From contig JAIPBT010000014.1 of the NCBI GenBank assembly GCA_021738565.1, positions 25,821-89,820 on the forward strand: a DNA stretch of 64,000 nucleotides, in the 5' to 3' direction. A program made the position numbers and the translations under genes. Position 1 is the first letter of the stretch. Every line of letters starts with the position of its first letter. This document shows, in pieces, positions 48,562 through 57,848 of this stretch. The notes beneath the pieces are model-generated. The model did not search any database, was not told the origin of the DNA, and saw only the letters and a list, made by a program, of their open reading frames with translations. Source of the stretch: Bacteroidales bacterium (GTDB lineage: Bacteria; Bacteroidota; Bacteroidia; Bacteroidales; GCA-2748055).

Positions 48562-49014
48562 ATGAGAACAATATACCACATAGCAATATTGATACTGTTC
48601 CTTGGCGCAACAGCTTTCATTCCCCAGGATACATCTACCGATGTAATGGAATGTGCTGAAAAAGCCGGTCCCTCGGCAATATATTTAAAAGACTTCAGGG
48701 TTGAACTTCCTGCAGCCAAATCCGGGGAGCCGCCGCCGATGTTTAGACAGGCAATTGTACTGCGCGGCAACAACATTTACCGTTTCAACCTGTGTAATTC
48801 GAAAGGTGAAGCGGTGATCAGGATCTATGATTCTTCAAAACTTATTCTCTCTTCCTACGATCCTGCAACCAAAAAAGAGTCAAATCCGATATCTTTCCTC
48901 TGCAGGAAAACAGGGCCATACAACATTGTGATCACCTTTAAGGATGGAAAGGAAGGAGAAGCAATCGGGATCATGAGCCACGTTAAAATTAATGAAAGCC
49001 GGAGGTCAAGGTAA
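48562..49014 (+). CDS. Hypothetical small secreted protein
   Basis: The ATG at 48562 (MRTIYHIAILILFLGATAF signal) is preferred over 48535, which would overlap the upstream gene. It lies 4 nt after the upstream stop. No family was recognised. Confidence 0.4.
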   Translation: MRTIYHIAILILFLGATAFIPQDTSTDVMECAEKAGPSAIYLKDFRVELPAAKSGEPPPMFRQAIVLRGNNIYRFNLCNSKGEAVIRIYDSSKLILSSYDPATKKESNPISFLCRKTGPYNIVITFKDGKEGEAIGIMSHVKINESRRSR

Positions 49015-49219
49015 TACGTGCATTTACACATTGAGCAAGTTCATCATGCTTTAACTGTGTTTTTCCCGCGTTGCATGCTTCAGTTGTTGTATTCAATATC
49101 CTAAATTTCCCGGCAACAAGCAGGCCCCCGGCCAATTCATATTTAGGGCCTCAGACTTTTTCAGCAAGCCCTATTTACGTTATATACTGAGAAATATTTC
49201 TTAATTTTGATACCGGAAT

Positions 49220-51259
49220 ATGAAAAAAGCTGCGATCATATTGCTGCTGGTCCTCCCCTCGTTCCTGATCTGCCATTCCAAAGTGGGATCAGAACCGGTT
49301 ATCCGTGGTATTTCTTCTGATGCAGCTTCAGAGATTGTTATCGATTCGGTCATTACAAGCAATCCTTCGTGCTCGGGCGACAACAATGGAAGTATAACCA
49401 TCATTGCCAGTGGAGAAAACAAACCATTTCAGTACTCAATAAATGGAACCGATTATCAATCCGATTCCACATTTAACAATATACCGGCCGGAGCTTACCA
49501 TATTTATGTAAAAGATGCAGGTGATATTGAAATCAGCGGTCCTGAAATAACAATTGAGAATCCTCCGGTACTTTCCTTATCTTCCTTTGATATCAACAAT
49601 CTTTTTTGCAACGGGGACAATTCCGGGGCAATGATCATCAGGGCAAGGGGAGGAACACCGCCCTACCGGTATTCCCTTGGTAACTCATTCTCAGAGGACT
49701 CCGTATTTACCGGACTTGCTGCAGGAAACTACAATGTGACTATTGTTGACGACAATGGCTGTGAACTCATACAGACAGGCATTGAGATCACCGAACCCCC
49801 TGTCTTAAGTGTCACTGAAACTGAGAAAAATGACCTGGAATGTTACGGAGATAATTCAGGATCAGTTTTTATCAGGGCAGATGGCGGGCTGAAACCTTAC
49901 GAGTATGCTGTTGAAGGTTTTTACCAGTCAGACTCATTGTTTACAGGGCTGGAAGCAGGACCATATACAGTCACGATCCTCGATGAAAACGGCTGTGCTG
50001 CCATTGGACCTACTGTAACACTTACACAGCCCGAGCCGATCCTTACTACCGTTGCTGAAAAATCCGATGTATTGTGTGTCGGTGACAGCAATGGCTCATT
50101 CAAAGTCAGGGCCAGCAATGGCACAGCTCCTTACATCTATTCCATAGACGGCGGCAATAGTTACCAGGACGATTCTGTATTCAGCCAATTGGTTCCGGGA
50201 ACCTATAAAATTCTTACAAAAGATGCCGAAGGATGTAAGATGGCCGGCCCGGGCATTCAAATTGAAGAACCGGATTCCATTGCACTTGATTTTGATATTG
50301 AAGATGCCCTCTGCTACGGCGATTCAAGCGGAAATATAACTGTTGTTGCATCCGAAGGGACACCGCCTTACAGCTATTCCCTGGACAGTGAAACCTACCA
50401 GGTCGATTCCGTGTTCAATACCCTTACAGCAGGAACCTACGATATCTACGTTAGGGATTCCAATGATTGTCCTGCCGAAACAACCGGAGTGCCGGTATCC
50501 CAGCCGACTGAACTGGTTGTTTCGGGCATCGAAACCAACGGGGCCCTTTGTTACGGTGACTCTTCCGGCAGCCTTAACATAGAAGCCGGCGGAGGAACAC
50601 GGCCATACAGGTACTCTGTCGATGGTATTAATTTCCAAAGCGACTCATCCTTCATGAACATATCAGGCGGAAGGTACCAGGTGCATCTGCTCGACTCGAA
50701 TCAATGTGAGAACGAACCTGCTTTTGCGGAGATCAGCGAACCGGATTCACTCACCGTTAATGTAACTTGCACTGAACATATATTCAGCGATTCTCCCGGG
50801 GAGATCGTCGCGGAAGCATCGGGAGGAACCGCTCCCTACCTGTATACATTGATGCCCGGAGGTACGGAACAGGACAACGGGGTGTTCATTTTTGAAACCC
50901 CGGAAGAGGCAGGCACCTATACTGTTGAAGTGAATGATTATTATGGTTGCGGACCGGTATCCACGGAAAACATTGATATTATTGACAGCACCTTTAACGC
51001 AGTCTTAAACCTTTATGCAGGGAAAGTGAAGATCTACCCAAATCCCTCATCAGGAGTGGTAACCATTGAATTCGGGACCGACAAGCCGGAAATGAAGCTG
51101 GAGCTGATAAGCATCGACGGAAGAAAGGTCTACACTCAAAAATTGATAAACACCAATGGGTCCGTACATGAGATCCTTGACCTTGCAGGTATCAGGAAAG
51201 GCTTCTACTTTATTCGGATCGACGGACTTACGATGAAAGGCGGACTGATCCTGAGGTGA
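49220..51259 (+). CDS. SprB-repeat cell-surface protein with T9SS C-terminal sorting domain
   Basis: 679 aa with a signal peptide. There are seven ~78-aa repeats of the form C-x-G-D-x-(N/S)-G-x-(I/F)...GG-x-x-PY-x-YS...Q-x-DS-x-F-x-x-L-x-AG-x-Y-x-(V/I)...D-x-N-x-C. The tail is VKIYPNPSSGVVTIEF...GFYFIRIDG. Confidence 0.8.
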   Translation: MKKAAIILLLVLPSFLICHSKVGSEPVIRGISSDAASEIVIDSVITSNPSCSGDNNGSITIIASGENKPFQYSINGTDYQSDSTFNNIPAGAYHIYVKDAGDIEISGPEITIENPPVLSLSSFDINNLFCNGDNSGAMIIRARGGTPPYRYSLGNSFSEDSVFTGLAAGNYNVTIVDDNGCELIQTGIEITEPPVLSVTETEKNDLECYGDNSGSVFIRADGGLKPYEYAVEGFYQSDSLFTGLEAGPYTVTILDENGCAAIGPTVTLTQPEPILTTVAEKSDVLCVGDSNGSFKVRASNGTAPYIYSIDGGNSYQDDSVFSQLVPGTYKILTKDAEGCKMAGPGIQIEEPDSIALDFDIEDALCYGDSSGNITVVASEGTPPYSYSLDSETYQVDSVFNTLTAGTYDIYVRDSNDCPAETTGVPVSQPTELVVSGIETNGALCYGDSSGSLNIEAGGGTRPYRYSVDGINFQSDSSFMNISGGRYQVHLLDSNQCENEPAFAEISEPDSLTVNVTCTEHIFSDSPGEIVAEASGGTAPYLYTLMPGGTEQDNGVFIFETPEEAGTYTVEVNDYYGCGPVSTENIDIIDSTFNAVLNLYAGKVKIYPNPSSGVVTIEFGTDKPEMKLELISIDGRKVYTQKLINTNGSVHEILDLAGIRKGFYFIRIDGLTMKGGLILR

Positions 51260-51314
51260 CAAAAAATGCAGCTACCCGCTTGATCGCATTGTCCGGACCT
51301 CCGTTCAGTCACCT

Positions 51315-51343
51315 GAGGAAATTCATCCGGTTCCTCTTTTTTT
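51315..51343 (+). terminator. Rho-independent terminator candidate after the SprB-repeat gene
   Basis: gaggaa (51315-20) pairs with ttcctc (51331-36), with a 10-nt loop, followed by a T7 run (51337-43). Confidence 0.45.
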
Positions 51344-51380
51344 CTATCTTCGTACTTTCAATCAAAAAATAGCACCAAAG

Positions 51381-52649
51381 ATGAACATCCTTATCCTTGG
51401 ATCCGGTGGGCGCGAACATGCCCTTGCATGGAAGATCGCACAAAGCAAGAAGCTTTCCGAATTATACATCGCACCGGGGAATGCAGGAACTGCCAGCATC
51501 GGAACCAACCTTGATCTTTCACCTGTCGATTTTACAGCTGTAAAAAACGCGGTGCTGGAAAATAACATTCACATGGTTCTTGTTGGACCGGAGGCTCCCC
51601 TGGTAGCGGGGATCCACGATTTTTTCCTGGATGATGAACAGCTTAGGTCCATCCCGGTAATCGGACCTGCCAAAGCAGGGGCAGAACTGGAAGGAAGTAA
51701 GGATTTTGCTAAAATGTTCATGCACAAATACCACATACCCACTGCAAAATTCCGCACTTTCTACAGTGATTCCCTTGAACAGGGAAAACAATACCTGTCT
51801 GATATCGATCCTCCGTACGTTCTGAAAGCCGACGGACTCGCGGCAGGAAAAGGGGTGCTGATAATCGACGAACTTGAAACCGCCCGGAATGAACTTGAAA
51901 ACATGATCCGGGGAAAATTCGGGGAGGCATCAAAAAAAGTCATCATTGAAGCGTTCCTCAGCGGAGTGGAACTATCGGTGTTTGTCCTTACCGATGGTGA
52001 CGGATATGTATTGCTTCCGGAAGCAAAAGACTACAAACGCATTGGAGAAGGAGATACAGGTCTGAATACAGGAGGAATGGGGGCCGTATCACCGGTTCCA
52101 TTTGCCGGTGTTGATTTTATGGACAAGGTTGAAAACAAGATCATTCGTCCAACCATACATGGTATGAAAAAGGAGGGCATACCATACACCGGATTCATAT
52201 TTTTCGGACTGATCAATGTTAAAGGGGAGCCTTTTGTTATTGAATACAACGTAAGAATGGGTGATCCGGAGGCAGAAGTGGTTCTCCCAAGGATCAAAAC
52301 AGACCTTGTGGAACTGTTGCAGGCCACCGCGGAAAAAAAACTCAGCAAGGTATCCCTGGAAACAGACAACAGGGTGGTATCAACTGTGATGCTGGTTTCG
52401 GGGGGATATCCCGGCAGCTACGAAAAAGGGAAAGTGATCTCAGGACTTGATCAGGTTGATACAAGCATCCCCTTCCATGCCGGAACAAAATTGTCGGAAG
52501 ACCAGGTTGTAACAAACGGGGGAAGGGTGATCGCGGTAAGTTCTTTCGGAAAAGATATGGAGTCTGCACTCAGACTTTCCTATGCCAATGCTGAAAAAAT
52601 TTCTTTCGATAAAAAAACCTATCGTAAAGACATAGGTTTCGATCTTTAA
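51381..52649 (+). CDS. purD: Phosphoribosylamine--glycine ligase
   Basis: 422 aa. Starts MNILILGSGGREHALAWK. Also ADGLAAGKGV, YNVRMGDPE and GGRVIAVS, which are classic PurD motifs. Confidence 0.92.
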   Translation: MNILILGSGGREHALAWKIAQSKKLSELYIAPGNAGTASIGTNLDLSPVDFTAVKNAVLENNIHMVLVGPEAPLVAGIHDFFLDDEQLRSIPVIGPAKAGAELEGSKDFAKMFMHKYHIPTAKFRTFYSDSLEQGKQYLSDIDPPYVLKADGLAAGKGVLIIDELETARNELENMIRGKFGEASKKVIIEAFLSGVELSVFVLTDGDGYVLLPEAKDYKRIGEGDTGLNTGGMGAVSPVPFAGVDFMDKVENKIIRPTIHGMKKEGIPYTGFIFFGLINVKGEPFVIEYNVRMGDPEAEVVLPRIKTDLVELLQATAEKKLSKVSLETDNRVVSTVMLVSGGYPGSYEKGKVISGLDQVDTSIPFHAGTKLSEDQVVTNGGRVIAVSSFGKDMESALRLSYANAEKISFDKKTYRKDIGFDL

Positions 52650-52659
52650 ATTTTGTGCA

Positions 52660-53643
52660 ATGCTGCTTAAGATATTAAAGAACAACCGGTTTGGAGGGAT
52701 TGTTTTTATCTTTCTCCTGATGATGCTTATCTGGACAAAGCCCTTGCTGGTTCCGCCGGAGCTTGATCTGGGTGTTACAATGCCATTGTACGACCTGTTG
52801 TTTGGAGCCATACAAAAAAGCAATGTTGCATCGGTCATCATCAGTATGGCTGTATACGCGGTGCTTGCCTCCCTGATGATAAGACTGAATACGATCCATT
52901 TCCTCCTGGAGGAACGTTCTTACATGCCGGCAATATTCTTCCTGCTGATCTCAGCCACATTTCCAGCAGCATTGATCATCAACCCATTGCTGATCAGCAG
53001 CCTCTTTTTATTGCTGGCTTTTCTGATCATGATCCGGGGAGAGGAACACAGGGCAGAACCACTGTCCCTTTTCAATGCCACTTTGCTCATTGGAGCAGGC
53101 AGTTTCTTCTATCTGAAAATTATTTGGTTCATTCCCCTGTTATGGATTACAGCGGCAATGATCAGACCGCTGAAATGGAGGGGGATTGTCAATCCCTTTA
53201 TAGTCCTGTTGCTGATCGCCCTGTTTCAATTCACCTATTACTGGGTATTTAAAGACGACATTGGTCTGTTCATTGACCTTGTGAGGGAAAACCTGAACAT
53301 TTCGGGAAATTTTGAAGGTTTTGATAAACCGGTATGGATGTTGCTTGGCTTTCTGACATTCCTCGTTTTCATCTCAAGTGCGCAGCTTATCAGCCGTTTT
53401 CAGGTGCGAAAGATCATTGTCAGAAAACTGTACCAGGTATTCTTTTTTATGTTCCTGTACCTGTTGGTCTTTTACGCGGCGATCAGCAGGTTCAATGTAA
53501 TGATCATGCCTTTGCTGGCAGTTCCGATGTCATTTTTGTTCTCAGTGGCATTTCATAAAAAACAGACCTTCTGGTGGCATGAATTGCTGATCTGGATATG
53601 GATCGGTCTGATCGTTTATATGAACATTTACGAATTCATTTGA
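52660..53643 (+). CDS. Polytopic integral membrane protein, unknown function
   Basis: 327 aa with ~8-9 hydrophobic segments. It starts 10 nt after purD. No family was recognised with confidence. Confidence 0.5.
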   Translation: MLLKILKNNRFGGIVFIFLLMMLIWTKPLLVPPELDLGVTMPLYDLLFGAIQKSNVASVIISMAVYAVLASLMIRLNTIHFLLEERSYMPAIFFLLISATFPAALIINPLLISSLFLLLAFLIMIRGEEHRAEPLSLFNATLLIGAGSFFYLKIIWFIPLLWITAAMIRPLKWRGIVNPFIVLLLIALFQFTYYWVFKDDIGLFIDLVRENLNISGNFEGFDKPVWMLLGFLTFLVFISSAQLISRFQVRKIIVRKLYQVFFFMFLYLLVFYAAISRFNVMIMPLLAVPMSFLFSVAFHKKQTFWWHELLIWIWIGLIVYMNIYEFI

Positions 53644-54247
53644 TCGAAGACATTTCGTATCCTTTTTCCTTCAGAAACTTCAGAACTTCCGGAAGCGCAT
53701 GGTACAAATTTTCAGAGGCCTTTATCGAATCATGGAATACGATAATGGATCCGGGACGAACATTGCAGACAACATTTTTCACCACCTGTCTGCCGGATAT
53801 CTTGCGGTTGTAATCAACACTTAAGACGGTCCACATGATGATCCTGTACCTCTTTTTCAATACGCGGATCTGGCCGGGCCTGATCCTTCCGTAAGGAGGT
53901 CTGAACAGATCAGTTCCGATAATTTCAGCCGCATGATCAACATTCGCAAGATAGTTCCCGGCAGAATACCTGAAACCCTTTATATGAGAATAGGAGTGAT
54001 TGCCAACCGCATGTCCCCCGGCAAGTATTTTACTGAATATGGCCGGATGTTTCTCCACATTGTTACCCAGGCAAAAAAAGGTTGCCTTTGCCCCGAACTG
54101 TTCAAGCTGCTCAAGAACCCATTCTGTCACCTCCGGGGTGGGACCGTCATCAAATGTAAGAAACACTTTCTTCCCCTCTGCAGGCAGTTCCCATGTAAGG
54201 TTTTTAAAGGAACAAGCGAGCAATCCTGGTATACGGGCAATCAACAT
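53636..54247 (-). CDS. Polysaccharide deacetylase (CE4/NodB homology domain)
   Basis: 203 aa. Carries VFLTFDDGPTPEVTEWVLEQLEQFGAKATFFCLG and GHAVGNHSYSH, the canonical NodB motifs 1-2. Confidence 0.8.
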   Translation of the reverse strand: MLIARIPGLLACSFKNLTWELPAEGKKVFLTFDDGPTPEVTEWVLEQLEQFGAKATFFCLGNNVEKHPAIFSKILAGGHAVGNHSYSHIKGFRYSAGNYLANVDHAAEIIGTDLFRPPYGRIRPGQIRVLKKRYRIIMWTVLSVDYNRKISGRQVVKNVVCNVRPGSIIVFHDSIKASENLYHALPEVLKFLKEKGYEMSSIK

Positions 54248-57200
54248 CTAGCGGGAGAAATATTGTTCAAAGATTTCAACATAGGAATCAACCTCTTCCT
54301 GGATCTTCCTTGAAAGGTCAGTCTCTCCAAATCCAACTGCAATGCTGCTCATGCTGTTCAAATCACGCATAACCTGCAGAAAATCGGTTCGCATCTTTTC
54401 CGATTTCGCAGGATTGGCAAGTATTACACTGGTATAGTAATCAAGTTCCCCGGTGCTGACCGATTCCATTTTTTCAGTCAGTGCAACCGCCTTTTCAACA
54501 GCATTTGCGACATAATAACTCTGAATGATGGGAACCACCGAAAAATTGAACGGCACCCTATCATGCGGCATGTGCTCCATGCAGTAATCGAGGACTTTTA
54601 TTGCTTTTTCATTTTCCCCCTCCTCAGCAAGTGCCCTGGCCAGTGAAGCAAAAGCATACCGGTATTTTATGGTCATTCGTATGTTGTTTTCATCCAGGTA
54701 GATATCCGGGTCATCAATTCCTCCCCACTCAAATTCATCTATCAGCCGTTTGTACATGCGATCCGTATCTATCATTCCAAAGATCGCCGAACTTTGAACA
54801 TCTATAGGAGCTATCCGGTATGCAAGCCCCTCCTGGATGAACGTATTGTCAAGATTCAGGAAATATTCATTGGAGACGGTATTGGAAAAATAGATCGGTC
54901 TTTCCCAGTTATTGGTGGCCAGCATATCAAGTTGCGCGATCGTATTTTTATAGATCACCTCATCGGTCAGCCTGAAGCGCACCTCATTAACCAGGTTTTT
55001 GGCAACGGTTCCGGTCTTTATTGCAGCCGGTAACCCTGCTGTATCAACAGGAACAACAAACTTTCTTGCAGGTATGAAATACCTGTTATTCTCAAACCGC
55101 GGATCTTCGGATGCAAGGAAATTGATGGCATCTTTCAATGGTGCCGCATCTGTATCTATTGTTTTGACCAGCGCCTCAAGGTCACTTACAACTGCACGCA
55201 ATGCCTGCTGGTCCATACCAATTTTTTCAGCCACATCCTCATTCTGAAATGTCCTCAGGTAAGAATATAGCCTCATTGGATCCATGCGGTCCCTAAGATC
55301 AATAAAGGCTTTGTAATCATTGGGATAACCTGATGGCAGCCTGGATCTCTGAACAAGCAACAGTGCATCGTTGAACAATTGCATTACATCATCTTCATAT
55401 TTGTCCTCATTCACCAAGTATTTCTGCCCGATAAGGGCCGTAGCTGTCTCAACCAGGTACGCATAGTCCCTTGTCCCCTGCCTGTATTGCTTTATGGTCA
55501 TGCTTAAGGGCAGGGGTTCAGATTCATAGAATTTAAAGGTCATCTGCTCAATGTACCAATCTGCCGTGAGGTAGCTGAGATTGACCACCCTGACATCTGT
55601 GCGGTAACCCTCCACTTCCTGGATGTACCACAGCGGAAATGTATCGTTATCGCCATTGGTAAAAATGATGGCATTTTCATCGCATGAATTCAGGTAATTC
55701 CTGGCAAATGCCGTTGTGGTATACCTTCCGGACCTGTCATGATCATCCCAGTTCTCTTTGGCCATAATTCCGGGAACAAAAACCAGGGCTGCCAGGACTG
55801 AAACCACCGGTACTGCAAAAGACCTGACCTTTTTCTGAATAAATTCTATGATCCCTACAACACCAAGTCCTATCCAGATGGAAAAGGCATAAAAAGATCC
55901 CGCATAGGCATAGTCCCTTTCCCTGGGTTGCAATGGATACTGGTTCAGGTAGACTACAACAGCCAGTCCCGTTAAAATAAAAAGCAGCGCCACAATCCAT
56001 GCATCTACTGTCTTTCGGCGGAAGTGAAAGATCATTCCAACGAGTCCGAAGATCAGCGGAAGCATATAATACCTGTTGTAGGCCCTGTTGCTCCTGATGG
56101 AATCAGGCAGGTCATCCTGGGGTCCGAGCCGTGCCTCATCAATAAATTTAATGCCGCTTAACCAGTTCCCTTTGTGTAACTCGCCATGACCCTGCATATC
56201 GTTCTGCCGACCGGCAAAATTCCACATGAAGTAGCGCATGTACATATAACCAACCTGGTACCTGAAAAAGAACTTGAGATTCTCAGAGAAGTCGGGTTTC
56301 CTTTTGGGAGAATTTCTGTCGTACCTGATATTGCCCATTCTGTTTAAAACGGGCTGACCGTTGGCATCTGTTCTTACATTGTATAGATCCGATTCCCTGA
56401 GCTTTCCCCAGTAAATGTATTCGTTTGTATGCTTCCCCTGACTGCTCCACATCCTTGGGAAAAATCCTTCGAACCTACTGTTGTACACATAATTGCGGTC
56501 ACGACTGACCTCATCATAACCCCCTTCACCACGATAGTAAGCCGGGCTGCCAGGTTCAACCGACTCCGGAACTGCATTGAAATAGGCCCCGTGAAAAAGC
56601 GGGCGATCCCCGTATTGTTCCCGATTCAGATAGCTTTGCAATGAAAAAATGGTCTCCGGGTTGCTCTCATCAAGCGGCGTATTTGCAACCGACCTGATTA
56701 CAATAACTGCATAGGATGAATATCCAATCATAAGCACAAAAACGGCAAGCAAAAGTGTATTCCACAAGACCTTTGCCTTTTTCCTTGTATAATAAATGCC
56801 GTAAATGACCAAACCGAACAGAAGGATAAGATATATGGCCACACCCGAGAAATAGGGCAATTTCAATCCATTGACAAACATCAATTCAAACTTTGATGCA
56901 AAAAATGGAATTCCTGCAATGATCACTTCGAGAACGAATCCGAGAAGCAACAGGGATACACCCAGTGCAGCAAGTAATCCCCTGGTGCTGAATTTGAATT
57001 TCCTGAAATAAAAAACAAACACAAGGGCAGGTATTGCCAGGAGGTTCAGCAAATGCGTACCGATAGAGATGCCCATAACAAAAGCAATGAGAATAAGCCA
57101 CCTGTTCGCATTGGGTTCGTCGGCAATATTTTCCCATTTCAGCATGGCCCAGAAAACAAATGCGGTAAAAAGAGATGACATCGCATACACTTCGGCCTCA

Positions 57201-57625
57201 ACAGCAGAGAACCAGAAGGTATCTGAAAAGGTATAGGCAAGGGCACCCAATGCCCCTGCACCAAGTATGGTGACCAGCTCCGATGCACTATATGGTCTGT
57301 TGTTATCGTAAAATTTGCGGACCAGGTGTGTGATGGTCCAGAATAGAAAAAGAATGGTGAAGGCACTTGCCAGTGCAGACAGGGCATTCATCGATGCTGC
57401 CACGGCAAGTTCGTTACCCCCTGCAAACAATGTAAAAAACCTTCCCAGGATCATGAAAAAAGGGGCCCCGGGCGGATGACCCACCTCAAGCTTGTATGCA
57501 GTGGCGATGAATTCACCGCAATCCCAGAACGAACTTGTTGGCTCCATTGTCAGCAAATAGGTAATTGCGGCAACCAGGAATATGAGCCAGCCTGCTATTA
57601 GATTGTAAAACCTGAAATTTTTCAT
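54248..57625 (-). CDS. DUF2723 family large membrane protein (GT-C/PMT-like putative glycosyltransferase) with C-terminal TPR-like region
   Basis: 1125 aa. The N-terminus LTMEPTSSFWDCGEFIATAYKLEVGHPPGAPFFM is the DUF2723 hallmark. There are more than 10 TM helices. Its stop codon abuts the start codon of the CE4 gene with no intervening nucleotide. Confidence 0.75.
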   Translation of the reverse strand: MKNFRFYNLIAGWLIFLVAAITYLLTMEPTSSFWDCGEFIATAYKLEVGHPPGAPFFMILGRFFTLFAGGNELAVAASMNALSALASAFTILFLFWTITHLVRKFYDNNRPYSASELVTILGAGALGALAYTFSDTFWFSAVEAEVYAMSSLFTAFVFWAMLKWENIADEPNANRWLILIAFVMGISIGTHLLNLLAIPALVFVFYFRKFKFSTRGLLAALGVSLLLLGFVLEVIIAGIPFFASKFELMFVNGLKLPYFSGVAIYLILLFGLVIYGIYYTRKKAKVLWNTLLLAVFVLMIGYSSYAVIVIRSVANTPLDESNPETIFSLQSYLNREQYGDRPLFHGAYFNAVPESVEPGSPAYYRGEGGYDEVSRDRNYVYNSRFEGFFPRMWSSQGKHTNEYIYWGKLRESDLYNVRTDANGQPVLNRMGNIRYDRNSPKRKPDFSENLKFFFRYQVGYMYMRYFMWNFAGRQNDMQGHGELHKGNWLSGIKFIDEARLGPQDDLPDSIRSNRAYNRYYMLPLIFGLVGMIFHFRRKTVDAWIVALLFILTGLAVVVYLNQYPLQPRERDYAYAGSFYAFSIWIGLGVVGIIEFIQKKVRSFAVPVVSVLAALVFVPGIMAKENWDDHDRSGRYTTTAFARNYLNSCDENAIIFTNGDNDTFPLWYIQEVEGYRTDVRVVNLSYLTADWYIEQMTFKFYESEPLPLSMTIKQYRQGTRDYAYLVETATALIGQKYLVNEDKYEDDVMQLFNDALLLVQRSRLPSGYPNDYKAFIDLRDRMDPMRLYSYLRTFQNEDVAEKIGMDQQALRAVVSDLEALVKTIDTDAAPLKDAINFLASEDPRFENNRYFIPARKFVVPVDTAGLPAAIKTGTVAKNLVNEVRFRLTDEVIYKNTIAQLDMLATNNWERPIYFSNTVSNEYFLNLDNTFIQEGLAYRIAPIDVQSSAIFGMIDTDRMYKRLIDEFEWGGIDDPDIYLDENNIRMTIKYRYAFASLARALAEEGENEKAIKVLDYCMEHMPHDRVPFNFSVVPIIQSYYVANAVEKAVALTEKMESVSTGELDYYTSVILANPAKSEKMRTDFLQVMRDLNSMSSIAVGFGETDLSRKIQEEVDSYVEIFEQYFSR

Positions 57626-57667
57626 GGTGTTTGATTAGCAACCTGACAAAGATAAAAGGATATTATT

Positions 57668-57750
57668 AAAAGCCAATGGCCAGGGGACAGGGGGACGGGG
57701 AGAGGTTCTCCTTTGCCGAAGGTTACGGAGGACAAAGGGGGCCAGGAGCC
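57668..57750. repeat. Degenerate heptanucleotide array (RRRGCCA/GGGGACA type), locus D, followed by (TA)n tracts
   Basis: The array reads aaagcca atggcca ggggaca gggggac ggggaga ... gggccag gagccag. Tracts atatatatat, aaatatatatattt and catatatatatt follow up to 57830. Confidence 0.75.
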
Positions 57751-57848
57751 AGTAATAAAAATATATATATTTATATAGTGAGATAAATATATATATTTCT
57801 GGTTAACTGGTTAGGGCCCTGGCACATATATATTCCCAGGAGCAGTAA

